Positions 26,601 through 38,064 of a stretch of DNA of 64,000 nucleotides are shown in pieces. The notes beneath the pieces were generated by a model. The model made no database searches. It was not told the origin of the DNA and worked only from the letters and a program-made list of their open reading frames with translations. Within the stretch, counting starts at the first letter, position 1. Each line of letters opens with the position of its first letter. The position numbers and the translations under genes were made by a program. Source of the stretch: Bigelowiella natans CCMP2755 (Eukaryota; Protista; Cercozoa); assembly GCA_000320545.1 (NCBI GenBank), contig ADNK01000501.1, positions 62,001 through 126,000 on the forward strand. Reading direction: 5' to 3'.

Positions 26601-27975
26601 GAAAAATGTAGCTTGTTCCCTTCCGATGTTGTCCCTTTGGTGTGAGAATAAATTGCCTTACCTGATACAACTGCTCGCGAATTGGCAGCCGAAGGGCCGA
26701 CGGAAGTTCTCTCATGGCCTTATTTTGTTTGAGAAAAGTATAGAAGAATATATTTCCCTGTTGTCGTTGTGTTGGACTATCCCACCCCATGATTAAATAT
26801 GTTATTAGATGTCATCTCACGTACCTCCGTCCGAAGGGTTATACTCAAACGATTTTGGAGAACGATAAACTTGATGACCTGAGTTCGGTACATGCGGTGG
26901 AAGGATGTGGCATGAGATGGTAACTTAACATTAATGTCGAGAAAAGCAAGACTTCGAGTAGTAACATAAAGGGGACTGGTACCCGTTGTTGAAGATTTGC
27001 TTTTACACCGTTTTGCCTCATGAACTTGGAGATCGCATCTGATCAAATATTGGCACCAAGAAATGAATCAAATTCCCGGGAACGAGAACATTATCCTGCG
27101 ATACCGTCTTATGGTTGTATTACAGAGAGAAATCACAAAATTTTCAGTTTCTATTTCTAAATTCCACTCTATGGACAATGTTACTATTATGTTTGGAATG
27201 ACTGTGCTAAATTAAGTGTTAAGATATCACCCAAATATTCGCGGAACTGTGCTGTCTTCGAGTCTCCCTTTGAGACCAGTTGGGTCATATTACCTACAAC
27301 ATGATTTCGTGGATTTCAAATATTCTTTGGATCTTGTCTTGCAAAGGAGAAGGAGGTGTGAGGGAGGGAGTGTTGTGGAGTCGCCCCCTTTGTTGCACAA
27401 GATATTAAGATGGGTTGTTATCCTCATTCACTCTTTCTCACCGATTAAATAGGACGTCAACGCTAGGTTTATCAGCATGTAGATCATCACCTACACGTTA
27501 TATTGTCAAACATTCGACCACAGAACTTCATCCGTAAGTTTAGTTGGGATTGGAATTGAGCAGATTGAACCCAGGCTCGCTCGTCGTTGTTCTGCGGTGA
27601 GATGTCTCTGTAACTGAAATGAAGTGCGGATATATGGCATGAGCTTTCCTCTGCAGTAAAAAGTGGTGTTGGGACAACGTCTATTACCCAACAGTAGTCA
27701 GCGTCGTAATTGCCCAGTATAATGACGTCACATATCTGCATCAACGTTATTGACGTAGAAATACGATATCAAAACTTATTAATGCAACCCTGCTATCTCT
27801 GATTCCCAATCCCAGACATACTGCGTAGAGGTTGGCTCATCTTCAAGTCCAGGACTGTTGTTGAAGACCCAACTTGAATCATCAAAATTGTGGATCTCTG
27901 CCAACCTGGGTATTAAATTAAAAAAGTAAATATTACATAAATATATATTTGAATAATGTGGTGCGACTGTTGATT

Positions 27976-28017
<42 letters not shown>

Positions 28018-29603
28018 AATTGTAGGAGCACCCCAGTACAAATTATCACTGCTGAGAGGAAAAAATTACACTATGATGCAACGATGGAATGTGATATAAT
28101 TTCATTTGCTCCATGGCTATCTTGACTTTTATGCACTTACGTGAAGAAAATGCACGCAGACCAGTGAGAATTGTAAACAGCCATCATCAAGTACTTGAAC
28201 ATCGACAGCCAGAAATAGGGCATCTAGTTTTAAAGCAAGAAGTGAAGGTACAAACGTCTCTCGTTTTAGATTACTTCGATGTAGTTACCCATGAAACTTT
28301 CTCCAGCTTCACTAAGAGTGGGAAAAATCGTCGCAACCTGACAGAAATTGTGGTAGATATGTATATAAAAATATGTGCGAAATTAAATGCATACCTGAAC
28401 AGTCTGAAAAGTCTTAAAAATTGAAAATATCCTTCATCCCCGAATATCTGATTGTAATAATGCTCTTGAATGATTATTCGTGAACATCAGATCCAAAAAA
28501 CTACCCGTTCGAAGGGAAATACGGAGAGAATGTCGAGCCAGAGGTAAAGCTCAGCATACTTTAAGGCAATTTTAAAGTGCTCTGTAGTGTTTACCTTTTC
28601 CAAACCTAAATCGACACGTTTTAAGCAAAAGTATAACAGAATCGTGCCAAAAAACTACCGCGATGTGGCACGCTCACGAAGAAAGTCATAACAATATCCA
28701 CGTAGAAGAAGATCTAAGCAATTGAAGATTTTCATCAGGCCAAGTCATCCTTTATTTTCGTTTTGTTTACATCTAAGGGTAGCTCTGCATTTTTAATTTC
28801 TGGATAGAACGCCATTGCGAGCGGGGTTGTGAACCTGAGGAATCACTTTCATTGATATCTCATATCTAATCAAAAGTACATGTTGCTACCCAGAAACCAT
28901 CGACAGAATGGCTATGAGTGTCCACCATATGTAGTAGGATTTGGACTCGTGGCTTATGATACATGTTGCTATAGAACCAATACATTGTGTTGAATTATCA
29001 GTGGTCAAAGGCCATGTTGGAAAAATAAAACTGTTGAACCAACTGCATTGCAACCATCCAAACATTCTGTATCTCGTTGCTTACTTTTCTCTTCGAATGT
29101 CGACTCTTCATCAACTTCGCTCAGCGAAATGTCCAGTTCCGCCGCTATCTTTTCAACTTCGGTCAGCATTGGTGTCCCTGCACCTATCACGATCACAAGT
29201 GATCAATGATACTCCCCACTTCAATAGTCACTCTACTAAGGATCTTTTCGTCCAGTCACAGGCAACAAATCCCGCAAAGTTGACAACGCTGTTCGACTTT
29301 GGGACTAAGGGTAGCTCGGAGTGGGAGGGTATTCTCAAGTTGAAAGCAAAATGCGACAGGGATGGTTTTATGTCGTAGATCAGAATTAGGACCAAATTAT
29401 ACTTGAAGCGATAGAAGAGAGTCCCGGAACAGCGTTTTTTCGAAGAGCAGCTGATGCTTCAAACCTTGCTTGGAATGCCCACGGTCTGAGTTCTTTTCTA
29501 CGCTAGCTGCGTGCTTAACTGGAAAAAATCCAACGGCGTTACTGGCTACGTCGCCACTTCTGCCTGTATGTGCTCCTGGTATAAACCCTCCTTTATTTTT
29601 CAT
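23656..29603 (-). CDS. Plant-Shaker-type (AKT1-like) voltage-gated K+ channel: 6TM, cyclic-nucleotide-binding domain and ankyrin repeats
   Basis: Exons give S1 YYIWWTLIAILS, S2 IFFYVDIVMTFF, S3 LWLDILSVFPFE, S4 LRLFRLFRLRRFF, S5 HWSACIFF, pore YVTSLYWAITTLTTVG|YRDISPQN, S6 VMIYMLINLALTSYLIGNMTQLV, CNBD (FIPQGMEIMKAGDFGTSLYIIREG..YFGAASFF) and ankyrins (DYDGRVPLHLAAANG, DYDKRCALHLAAAEG). Confidence 0.92.
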
Positions 29604-29820
29604 TTTTCTTGAAAGAGTGTTGTCGTATATATTAAATCAACTATTCATTGTGGTGTTTTAGTTTTGGTGAAATTCCCTAAGATTAGAACCCGGGCACGCC
29701 GCCACTTCTCTTTGCTTTGATCACCCCCTGCTGAAAGCATTGATCACCCCCTGGCTGGTGCAGTGTGGTCCACGCGAGTAGGAAAACTCAAAAACAACAT
29801 AGAAGCTGTTGTAACCAACT
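29604..29820. promoter_or_regulatory. Compact divergent (bidirectional) promoter region
   Basis: About 217 bp between the head-to-head ATGs at 29603(-) and 29821(+). Contains a 14-bp direct repeat TTGATCACCCCCTG (29717-29730 and 29740-29753) and GTTGTCGTA (29619-29627). Confidence 0.55.
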
Positions 29821-31415
29821 ATGGCCCTACACGAGGTGGCTAATAATCTATTGTGCGAGGTTTCCTCTCCTTCACCTACATACGCTCTAGGTGTACGTGG
29901 CTATGTCGGTTTTAAGTCTGGGAATGGTGATGATCTTGATGGGTTCATTTAACATGGGCATTCACAAATCTCCAAATTTGGGCGGTCCGATTATGCACAG
30001 AACCCACCGACTCCAGACGATTCAGGGACCATCAAAAGTGTGGCTGACAATGAGCAATTTGATCGTGCAGTTATTTTGTAATTTTTGAATTTTCTGTTAT
30101 GTAGTGCTTGTCAGCTGCTGGCTTGAGATACGTGCGAAGTTTTCCCTCTGTAGTTAATGGACAATTGCAACAGCAAAGGAGGAGGAAGGTCTCGAGCACG
30201 CTACATATGATTACTCGCAGATAATTATTGATGTTGTACTAATACGCAAGGTATCGGCCAATGCAGCGTCTAAAGACAACGTGGCGGATCAAGTCAGGCA
30301 GCTGACTGTCCGGTAAGCTCATTTCTACTACAAATAAAAATAGAATCACGAGATGAATGCTACGTCTTTCCCAGGGAGATAAAGCAAGAGTTAACGGAGA
30401 AAGGCGTCAGCACCGCAGGAATCTTCGAAAAACAAGATGTAAGTGCAATTATTAGTTCGTTATTGGCCAAACCTCATTATCTTATTTTTGGTATTCTCCT
30501 CCTATTTCATTAAAGCTTGTTAATCTGCTGGTCGATGTGAGGATCGATTCTGGTATGGATGTTAGTAAAGTGCTCTGTTGAGAATGTGTTGAGCCAGCCC
30601 TCAGATGATGATCCCGATTATATTCTACATTGAATAATTGTAAATTATCGTAGAAAATCATATAATTGTGTTGCTAACGTTGGCATCGAATGAAATTGTT
30701 AGGAGAAGTTTCCCCTCTCGATACACAATTAAGACAAGCCAAAGATATCATCGACAAGGTAGTTGCAAGGAGTAATCCATGTCAAAGTGATCGAGATCCG
30801 ACAGAGAGACTTGGACGCCTCATCGGTCTTCTATGTCCCCCACCCATAAATTATAGGCTAGCACTGACGTGAAGGCGAAGGCAGGAAAAGCTGTCTCTGC
30901 TGTGAAGAACTTTGATATTAAGGTCAGGGCACCTATCACAAACGTTAAAGCGAAACACTTGCTTCCGAACTCAATGGAGAGTATCGTGACTTAGTAAGAA
31001 TAGTTGATGAGACGTCGTCTGCGTATGTTGTATTGTGGCAGAATGAGTTGAAGAAGCAGGTCAACACCATCAAAGACGGCATCAAGGAAAACGTGGATTG
31101 GTATGTGAATAATACGTCTGCTGTGTGACCTATGTACGGAGAACCAATAATCATGTGCCTGTGTGCCTAGGTATGGCGAGGGAGAGAAGAACCCGTTCGC
31201 AGAAGGACGAGTTATCCGAAAGCAAAGAGGATACTACAAAGTGAGCGAGAATTTTAAAGAATCGGCATTGTCTCCAGCTGTGCATAAACACGGGGGTGTG
31301 CTGTTCTACATGTGGTTTGCATACAATGATAGTGTAGGATGATGACGATGAAACCTATGATGATAAGAACCCCTTCTTCTTGTCTGCTCTTAGGGTGGTG
31401 ATGACCTTTGAATAA
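29821..31415 (+). CDS. Small protein with bipartite plastid-type leader and a SAP/LEM-like helix-extension-helix motif
   Basis: MALHE|VYVAMSVLSLGMVMILMG (signal), then a basic transit-like segment, then VRQLTVREIKQELTEKGVSTAGIFEKQDLVNLLVDVR. Phase-compatible 3' exons end ...KNPFFLSALRVVMTFE* at 31415. Confidence 0.6.
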
Positions 31416-32286
31416 CAAGCATAATATTCATGGATAAACTAGCAACCCTGAAGCATATCCCAGCGTGTGAATAAAACGGGCTGGCAAGGGAGGGCTAGAC
31501 ACTAGAAACTATCGTGTAAATAAAACTTTCAGACTTCCCTAAAAAATACTGCATATTAGATACGAACATTGCGAAATAGTCGACAATTAACTTGCGTGCT
31601 TACGCAGTTTATTGCCCCATCCTTGAGAACTTTGATAATTAATATTGATCGCGCCTTCGACCTGCCGACGGATGCATTTGATAACATGCCAAAAAGATAA
31701 AAAACTATGAAAAACTTAATTAACAAGCAAGATACACCAGAATTTCTATTATTTACTTTGATATGGAAGGCAACTGTGTAGCTTCACTTTCCCTTCTGCT
31801 CTCGATATTCTCCGACATTTGTCTGGCTTCATATAACCTCAAATTGCAGTATGCTGCCGCCTGTACAAGTGCTTCGATTTCGCGCAACACAATAACATAA
31901 CTTTCATTTAAATATATGTAAACCGTATTAGCCGCAATATGAACTTCTAGAATTATGTATTAACGCTATGACCTAGATGAGTCTTTCGGGAGCTTTGTAG
32001 TGAAGCGCATATGAAGGTTGTAGTAGATGACCTTACATATCTTGTTGAGCTAGGACACGTGAATTGCTAGTTGTACTGTTGTACAACTATACCAAAAAAT
32101 CGTGTCGAATTTAATCATATCTCCATGCAGGCGCTGAGAGCCTTGTTGAACGTGTACATGGCTAGAGATATGTGTCATATGTGAATCCGAAATATAGCAT
32201 AGCTAGATAGCGCGCGCGTGTATAAGCTAAATGATGGGCACGCTATACAAATATTTTCGTTCGTGAGCTTCAAGTTTTATAATGAT

Positions 32287-34607
32287 TTATGAATTGCTGT
32301 CCATGTCATTCAAAACTATTATACGCAGACAATCTGCAAGTTTCATTTTCACTGTTACAGGCGCCTGAGGCCAAGCCATCGTGGCAACCAGCATAAAGAT
32401 GTCTGGGCTCAGATCCGACTGCATCTTCGCACGGAACATGCTCACTAATTTCCTTGCTTTGGCCATACCAGCCCAGATTTCATGCGACAATGGGAAGTCG
32501 TAGTATCCTAATTGCAGTGCAAAGCCCTTTGGCCAATTTTCACCACTTGTCTTCTGGGGTTGCGGTGACAAGGACGAAGAAGAAGACGACGACTTGCGCT
32601 CATGGGCAACCACGAATCGTGTCAGCGCCGACGTAAATGATTGTGAGTTGAAATGCTCATCCACTTGCACAGCGACTTTATTGAGGAAGTCCAGACCAAG
32701 GAGCCTGGTCGTCGTGTTTTGGTTGTAGTGGTGGTGAGGGGGGGAGGATGAGCTGCTGCTGCTACGAGAGTGGTGGTGACCTTTGTGCCTGTTGGCTGCT
32801 GCAGCTGCTTCAGATCGACTGTACTCAATGCTCAATCGTAGATTCCAGAGATCCAACATCCCTCCATTGCCGTGCTGTTCTGGTTGTTGCTGTTGTTGCT
32901 GCTGCTTCTGAGAGAGGAGCCCGTCAAGTAGCGACGCAATGCTGACGTACGATGGCAGAGCGAGTATTCTTTCCTCCACTTCGCATTCTTTTCCGATTTC
33001 CCCGCAGATCCGGCCAATACGCCCCTCCGCTCCCCTGGTGCTGAAATGGTCGCGAAACTTCTTGAAGAGCCTAGAGGTGCTCTGGCCAGCTATTCCATGG
33101 TTGTCCTCATTCACCGCAGCAGCCGCCGCGGCCGCCGCTGCGGCGCTGGATGAAGTGGTGGAGGAGGAAGAAGAGAAATTAGTCATTACCCCGATGGCTG
33201 GTGTGCCATCATCATCTCGCAAATGCGGTTCTTTCCTCTTCACACACAGCACCAATTGCTTGCGCTTGAGCATCTTGAGAAGATCGCCGTCTCCTCGAAG
33301 ATGCAGGTTGATGGGCCAAAACTTGGGAGAGGACACCTTCAAAGTCTTTACGCTGTGGAATGGCGGTAGTAGGCATGGAGCTACCACCCGCAACGTCCGG
33401 TTATTTCTGATCGAAGAAATAGCAGAAGAGGAAGAAGAAGAAGCAGAAGCTCTGCCTGTGATCTTTCCCTTCGTAGACGAAGAAGAGGGAGATGTCGTTG
33501 ACGACGCTATAAATTTGCTCTCCCCCCCCCCTTGCCCTTTTTTCTCCTCAGAAACATCATCGCCGTCGTTTGCAAGAATGAGGTCGATGGGGACATAGCA
33601 GGGCTGCCCAGTATTCACATCTACACACTGAATACAACGGGGCTCTACAGCAACCACGTACAAATGTCGGAGGGCCTATGGAATAAATAACAAAGGAGGA
33701 GGAGGAGGAGTAGGAGAAGGCAAGGAGGATGGTTGTAGAATGCAGTCGTTACAGAAGAAGACTCTTAGTAGTTATCAACTAAGGGTGCACGTGCTGCATA
33801 TGATCATGCAATATTGTTTTTACAAAAAAAGCTTCGTTGTTTCTACAAAGGACCTGCAGGTAGTAGCGGTTGTCGCCGGGATGCATCGAGTAACGAGGGA
33901 AGAATGCACACAAGAGAGCGGCTGTGGCTTCTGGAGTGGATGAGAGCGTCAACTGGCCACCACCGAGAAACAACAGCCCGATTGCCATATGGACGGTCTA
34001 CGGGATAACAAATGTAACAAGAAAAGCAGATAGAATTATAGCTCATCACTCCGTGAAGAAAGGGAACTGTAACTTTATTAGAAGAATCTTCACGGTATAT
34101 CGTGCAATTTGCCGTGTTGTCAAACAATAACTAGGCGCCACAAAGAGGGAAACACCGGCTGTTTCTTCTCATTTCGCAGTGCATTTTTGTATAATGTGGC
34201 CGATCGATTGGAAGCAGAAGTAGCAAAACAACAACAACAACAACAACAACAACAAACGGCACACCTGGTGAGTACCGAACGACGATTTCGCGTCCACCAT
34301 CGTCCTAGCAGCTCGCAGTATTCGAAGAGTGTCAAGATTTCCTTAGAAAAACATAGGAGGCAACAACAATAATTCAATTCAGATCGTCGTAGTCTCACCA
34401 CAGCACCACAAAACCAAAGCAGCATCACACGAATGCTGCGTTTCGAAAAATGACGAAGATATGATAATTGGAATATCCTTCTACACAGTCCTCCTCTTCT
34501 TACCTGTTCCTGCCATCACCATTCCCAGAGCACTTGCAGTCGTTGCAATGCATGCTTCGAGGACGCCACGCTCAACCATCACACGCCCTGACACGATACA
34601 CACACAC

Positions 34608-34646
<39 letters not shown>

Positions 34647-34667
34647 AGCACACACACACACACACAC

Positions 34668-34703
<36 letters not shown>

Positions 34704-35165
34704 ATATATGTTATATTTTTATATGTCAGTAAAGCCAGTGTGACTAATTTCTCGCTGTGGTATACTCGTACGAGTGATCATCAACACCCCCTCCCCCCCC
34801 CACCCAACTAACCTTGGATTATGAGGCGATGCAGCCCCTCTCTTTTGCTGGCTGGTGGCAGGTTTTTCGGGAGCGCTGATGCCCCCTCGATTTTGAATCG
34901 GCGGAGCTCCTACTCATAAACAAGTAGCAACAGCATTAACAACGAACGATGATAGAAAAGAGCGCAGCTCATCATTAGCAAAACATCGGCATGTGCCGTG
35001 GACAGTCGTAATGAAACTAGATTCGTATTTACCAGGAGCTGTCGCAAGTAATAAGTAACTAACTGTTGGGAAGGTTCGTCGCCAGTCCCAGCGAATCTGA
35101 GGCCTACGATAACAACGACGACGACGAGGAGGAGGAGGAGGAGGAGGATGGGTATGATGATGGGT

Positions 35166-35199
<34 letters not shown>

Positions 35200-35458
35200 C
35201 GATGATGATGGTATAAATCGAAAGAGAAGAGCTGAGGCAGTACCGATTGATAGGCAGGCGCCAGCTATGATGTAACAGTAGCTTTGCCTGGGGGTGGAGG
35301 GGAGGGGGGGGGGGGGTAAACAAACGAAACAGCATGCGTGAGTTACATACGACTGTTGATGATATCTGACAATGTAGAGAAGAGATTCGGAGAAATAATC
35401 CAACTTGATCGATAGTTTAATGATACCGCCACCTCTTAAAATTATCTTTGGTCTTGCG

Positions 35459-35489
<31 letters not shown>

Positions 35490-37507
35490 TTGAATTATTG
35501 TTTTGTCCATCTCGTTCCGACCGAATCGCTTCCAAGTCAAGATCCACAGAGCCGGCGACATTGTGCAGTAATTTGCTTTTCTTCCTTCTCATCGTAGGCT
35601 TTTCTTCTTCCTTCTTCTCGACGTCCATTTCGCCATTGTCATCCCCATCGTCGCCTTTCGTGTCCTCCCCATCCCCATCTAGGCTGCTACGGAGCTGCTG
35701 CTGCTGCTGCTGGGTTGTTATCGGCTGTATGTTGTTGTTGATGATGTCTGGTATTTGATCCAGTACCCAATCATGAAGCGGACGAATCTGGAAGGAGCAG
35801 GCGGAAAGAAGGCGGGTAAAGGCGAGAGGGGAGGAGGCAAAACAGACGGTGTAAACAACAACAACAACAACAAAGAAGTACTTGTCAGAGAGGCATCATA
35901 CCAAACCACAGCTCTACCATTCTATTTCTCACGCTACTAGTGCAGCAGCAAGTAGTAACAGCTCATCAACGACAACAACAACAACAACAACAACAACAAC
36001 CTGTGACCATAGCACGAGGTTCTGAGCAACGACTCGGAACATGATGAAGTCGGGCCGCACGTAGTCGAGGGCAAAGTGCGTATCTGGTGTGGCAAGATAG
36101 TTTGCGATGGCTCGGTTTCCACTGGGTATTTTGAGAACAGTAGACGACATGACGGAGGAGGAGGAGGAGGAGGAGGAGGAGGAGGAGGAGTGAGGAGCGA
36201 CAGTGAGTGATGGTGAAGTTGGTGAAGAAGAAGAAGAAGAAGATGATGATGATGATGATACAGGCTTGCAGGGATGATTGGTTCGTGTTTTCTCGTTGGT
36301 TTCATTGTTGTCTTGCTCAAAATCTCTAAATATGTTCTCATCGGTCTATCGATCGAGTGATTGATTGATTGATTGATTGATTGACCCACCTTCTCATATA
36401 CATCAGGCCAAGGGCTGCAATGGCTCCTGGAGCAGTGACATCTACATTGACCATACGGCCTTCTTTCATCCTACTGCCCCCAGAGGAAGATCCCCCTCCA
36501 GCTTCATCTCGCCCTAGACTACCTGGATGTTACCATGTATCATGAGGAGGACCGCGGGGAACATTCGGACGAAAAGGAAAGAAAAGAAGAGGAAGAGGAA
36601 GAAGAAGAAGAAGGAGAAGCAGAAAGAATGCTGCGAGCAATGACCTGTTCTGAAGACTGTACCCCCGTAACCGTGAGAAGGGCCCCCGTCCATGTACTGG
36701 CGCAATCTGTTTTGGATCTGGAGATCGGCGAGTCCTTCAAATAAGAGAAAAGAGAAACCAAGAACAACAACAACAACAAGAAGAAGAAGAAGAAGAAGAA
36801 GGAAAATACAGGAAGACGAGGAGGGGGGAAGTGGGGTTCGGAAGCACCAACATCAGCGTCGTTTCATCACAAACACACCACCATTTGAAACTGCAGCAAA
36901 TACACTCACAGGCAACTTCAAAGATTACACTCAGAAGGATAACGTGCATCTTTCCGCAATCGATTGAAAAAGAAACAGAGGCGCTTTACATAGTGTCACA
37001 GGAGGATGAAGCTGCGAAATTCCAGCACTATAACGTTGGGGAAGAGGTTGAGGGAGTAGTAGTAGTAGTAGTAGTTGTTGTTTTAGTAGTAGTACCGATT
37101 GCATCCGCACCACGCTGAAGACACACCAATCCAAGAGCTAGGCCTTTTTGACGATAATCACGATTAGAAGAAGAATAACAAAGGGGGCTATATGTCATTA
37201 TTTTGAGAATCCACAAGCTAGCCATTTAATATCCTAAGATCCCCCTGCCTCTCCTTCCTCTCTCTATCATTGTGTGATCTCTCACCTGCCGCTAACGAAT
37301 AAGCCTCGTGGCCCTAGTAGCAAGTGGCAACGGCATCGTCGTAAGAAGATCAAGCAATAGTAATGATAACCAAACAGAAATTAAATCATGACACCAACAA
37401 GCAAGCTGCCCCCCTCCCCCTTTTCCCACTTCTCTCGTCTAAAAGCCTAAGATTCTCATCGACATCTCTGCTGTTGCTGCTGCAGAAACGATGCTGTGTT
37501 TAAGTGG

Positions 37508-37541
<34 letters not shown>

Positions 37542-37666
37542 ATGCATGTATAGGGGAGAAGTAGTAGCAGTAGTCGTCGTAGTAGTGTCTTCACCTGATC
37601 CGCCCATTTTTCATCAGCAGGCCGATTTCCTGTGAAGTAAGGACCACGACGATGATGGAAATGCAT

Positions 37667-37698
<32 letters not shown>

Positions 37699-38028
37699 TC
37701 TGCACTCTAGGTTCCCACTATTCAGTATCTACTTCAGATAGCTTTGTATGCCAAGTTTCATGTGTTGGTTATGGACACCTCCTCGATGTTTTTCTATCAA
37801 TCTATCGATCGACAAACTACTACCGATTTCTGTGAGAAGCAGCTCCGTCATGAGCCTGTGTGCCGTCCCTCTATACAATAATCCAATGCCTACCAGCGCT
37901 GCCGTTTGTGTGACCTGATCATTGATCATTGGCAGCGATGACGATGACGATGACGACGACGCAGGATGTGCAGCAAGGAAATCAACTAAGTGCGACACAT
38001 GTGTTGATTTATTTTATTCATAGATTCG

Positions 38029-38064
<36 letters not shown>

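Noticed and set aside
32939-33598. Long antisense ORFs over APC1 (also over the nucleotidyltransferase, protease and channel exons)
   Set aside because: They are shadows of long coding exons and trinucleotide repeats, with no independent protein features.
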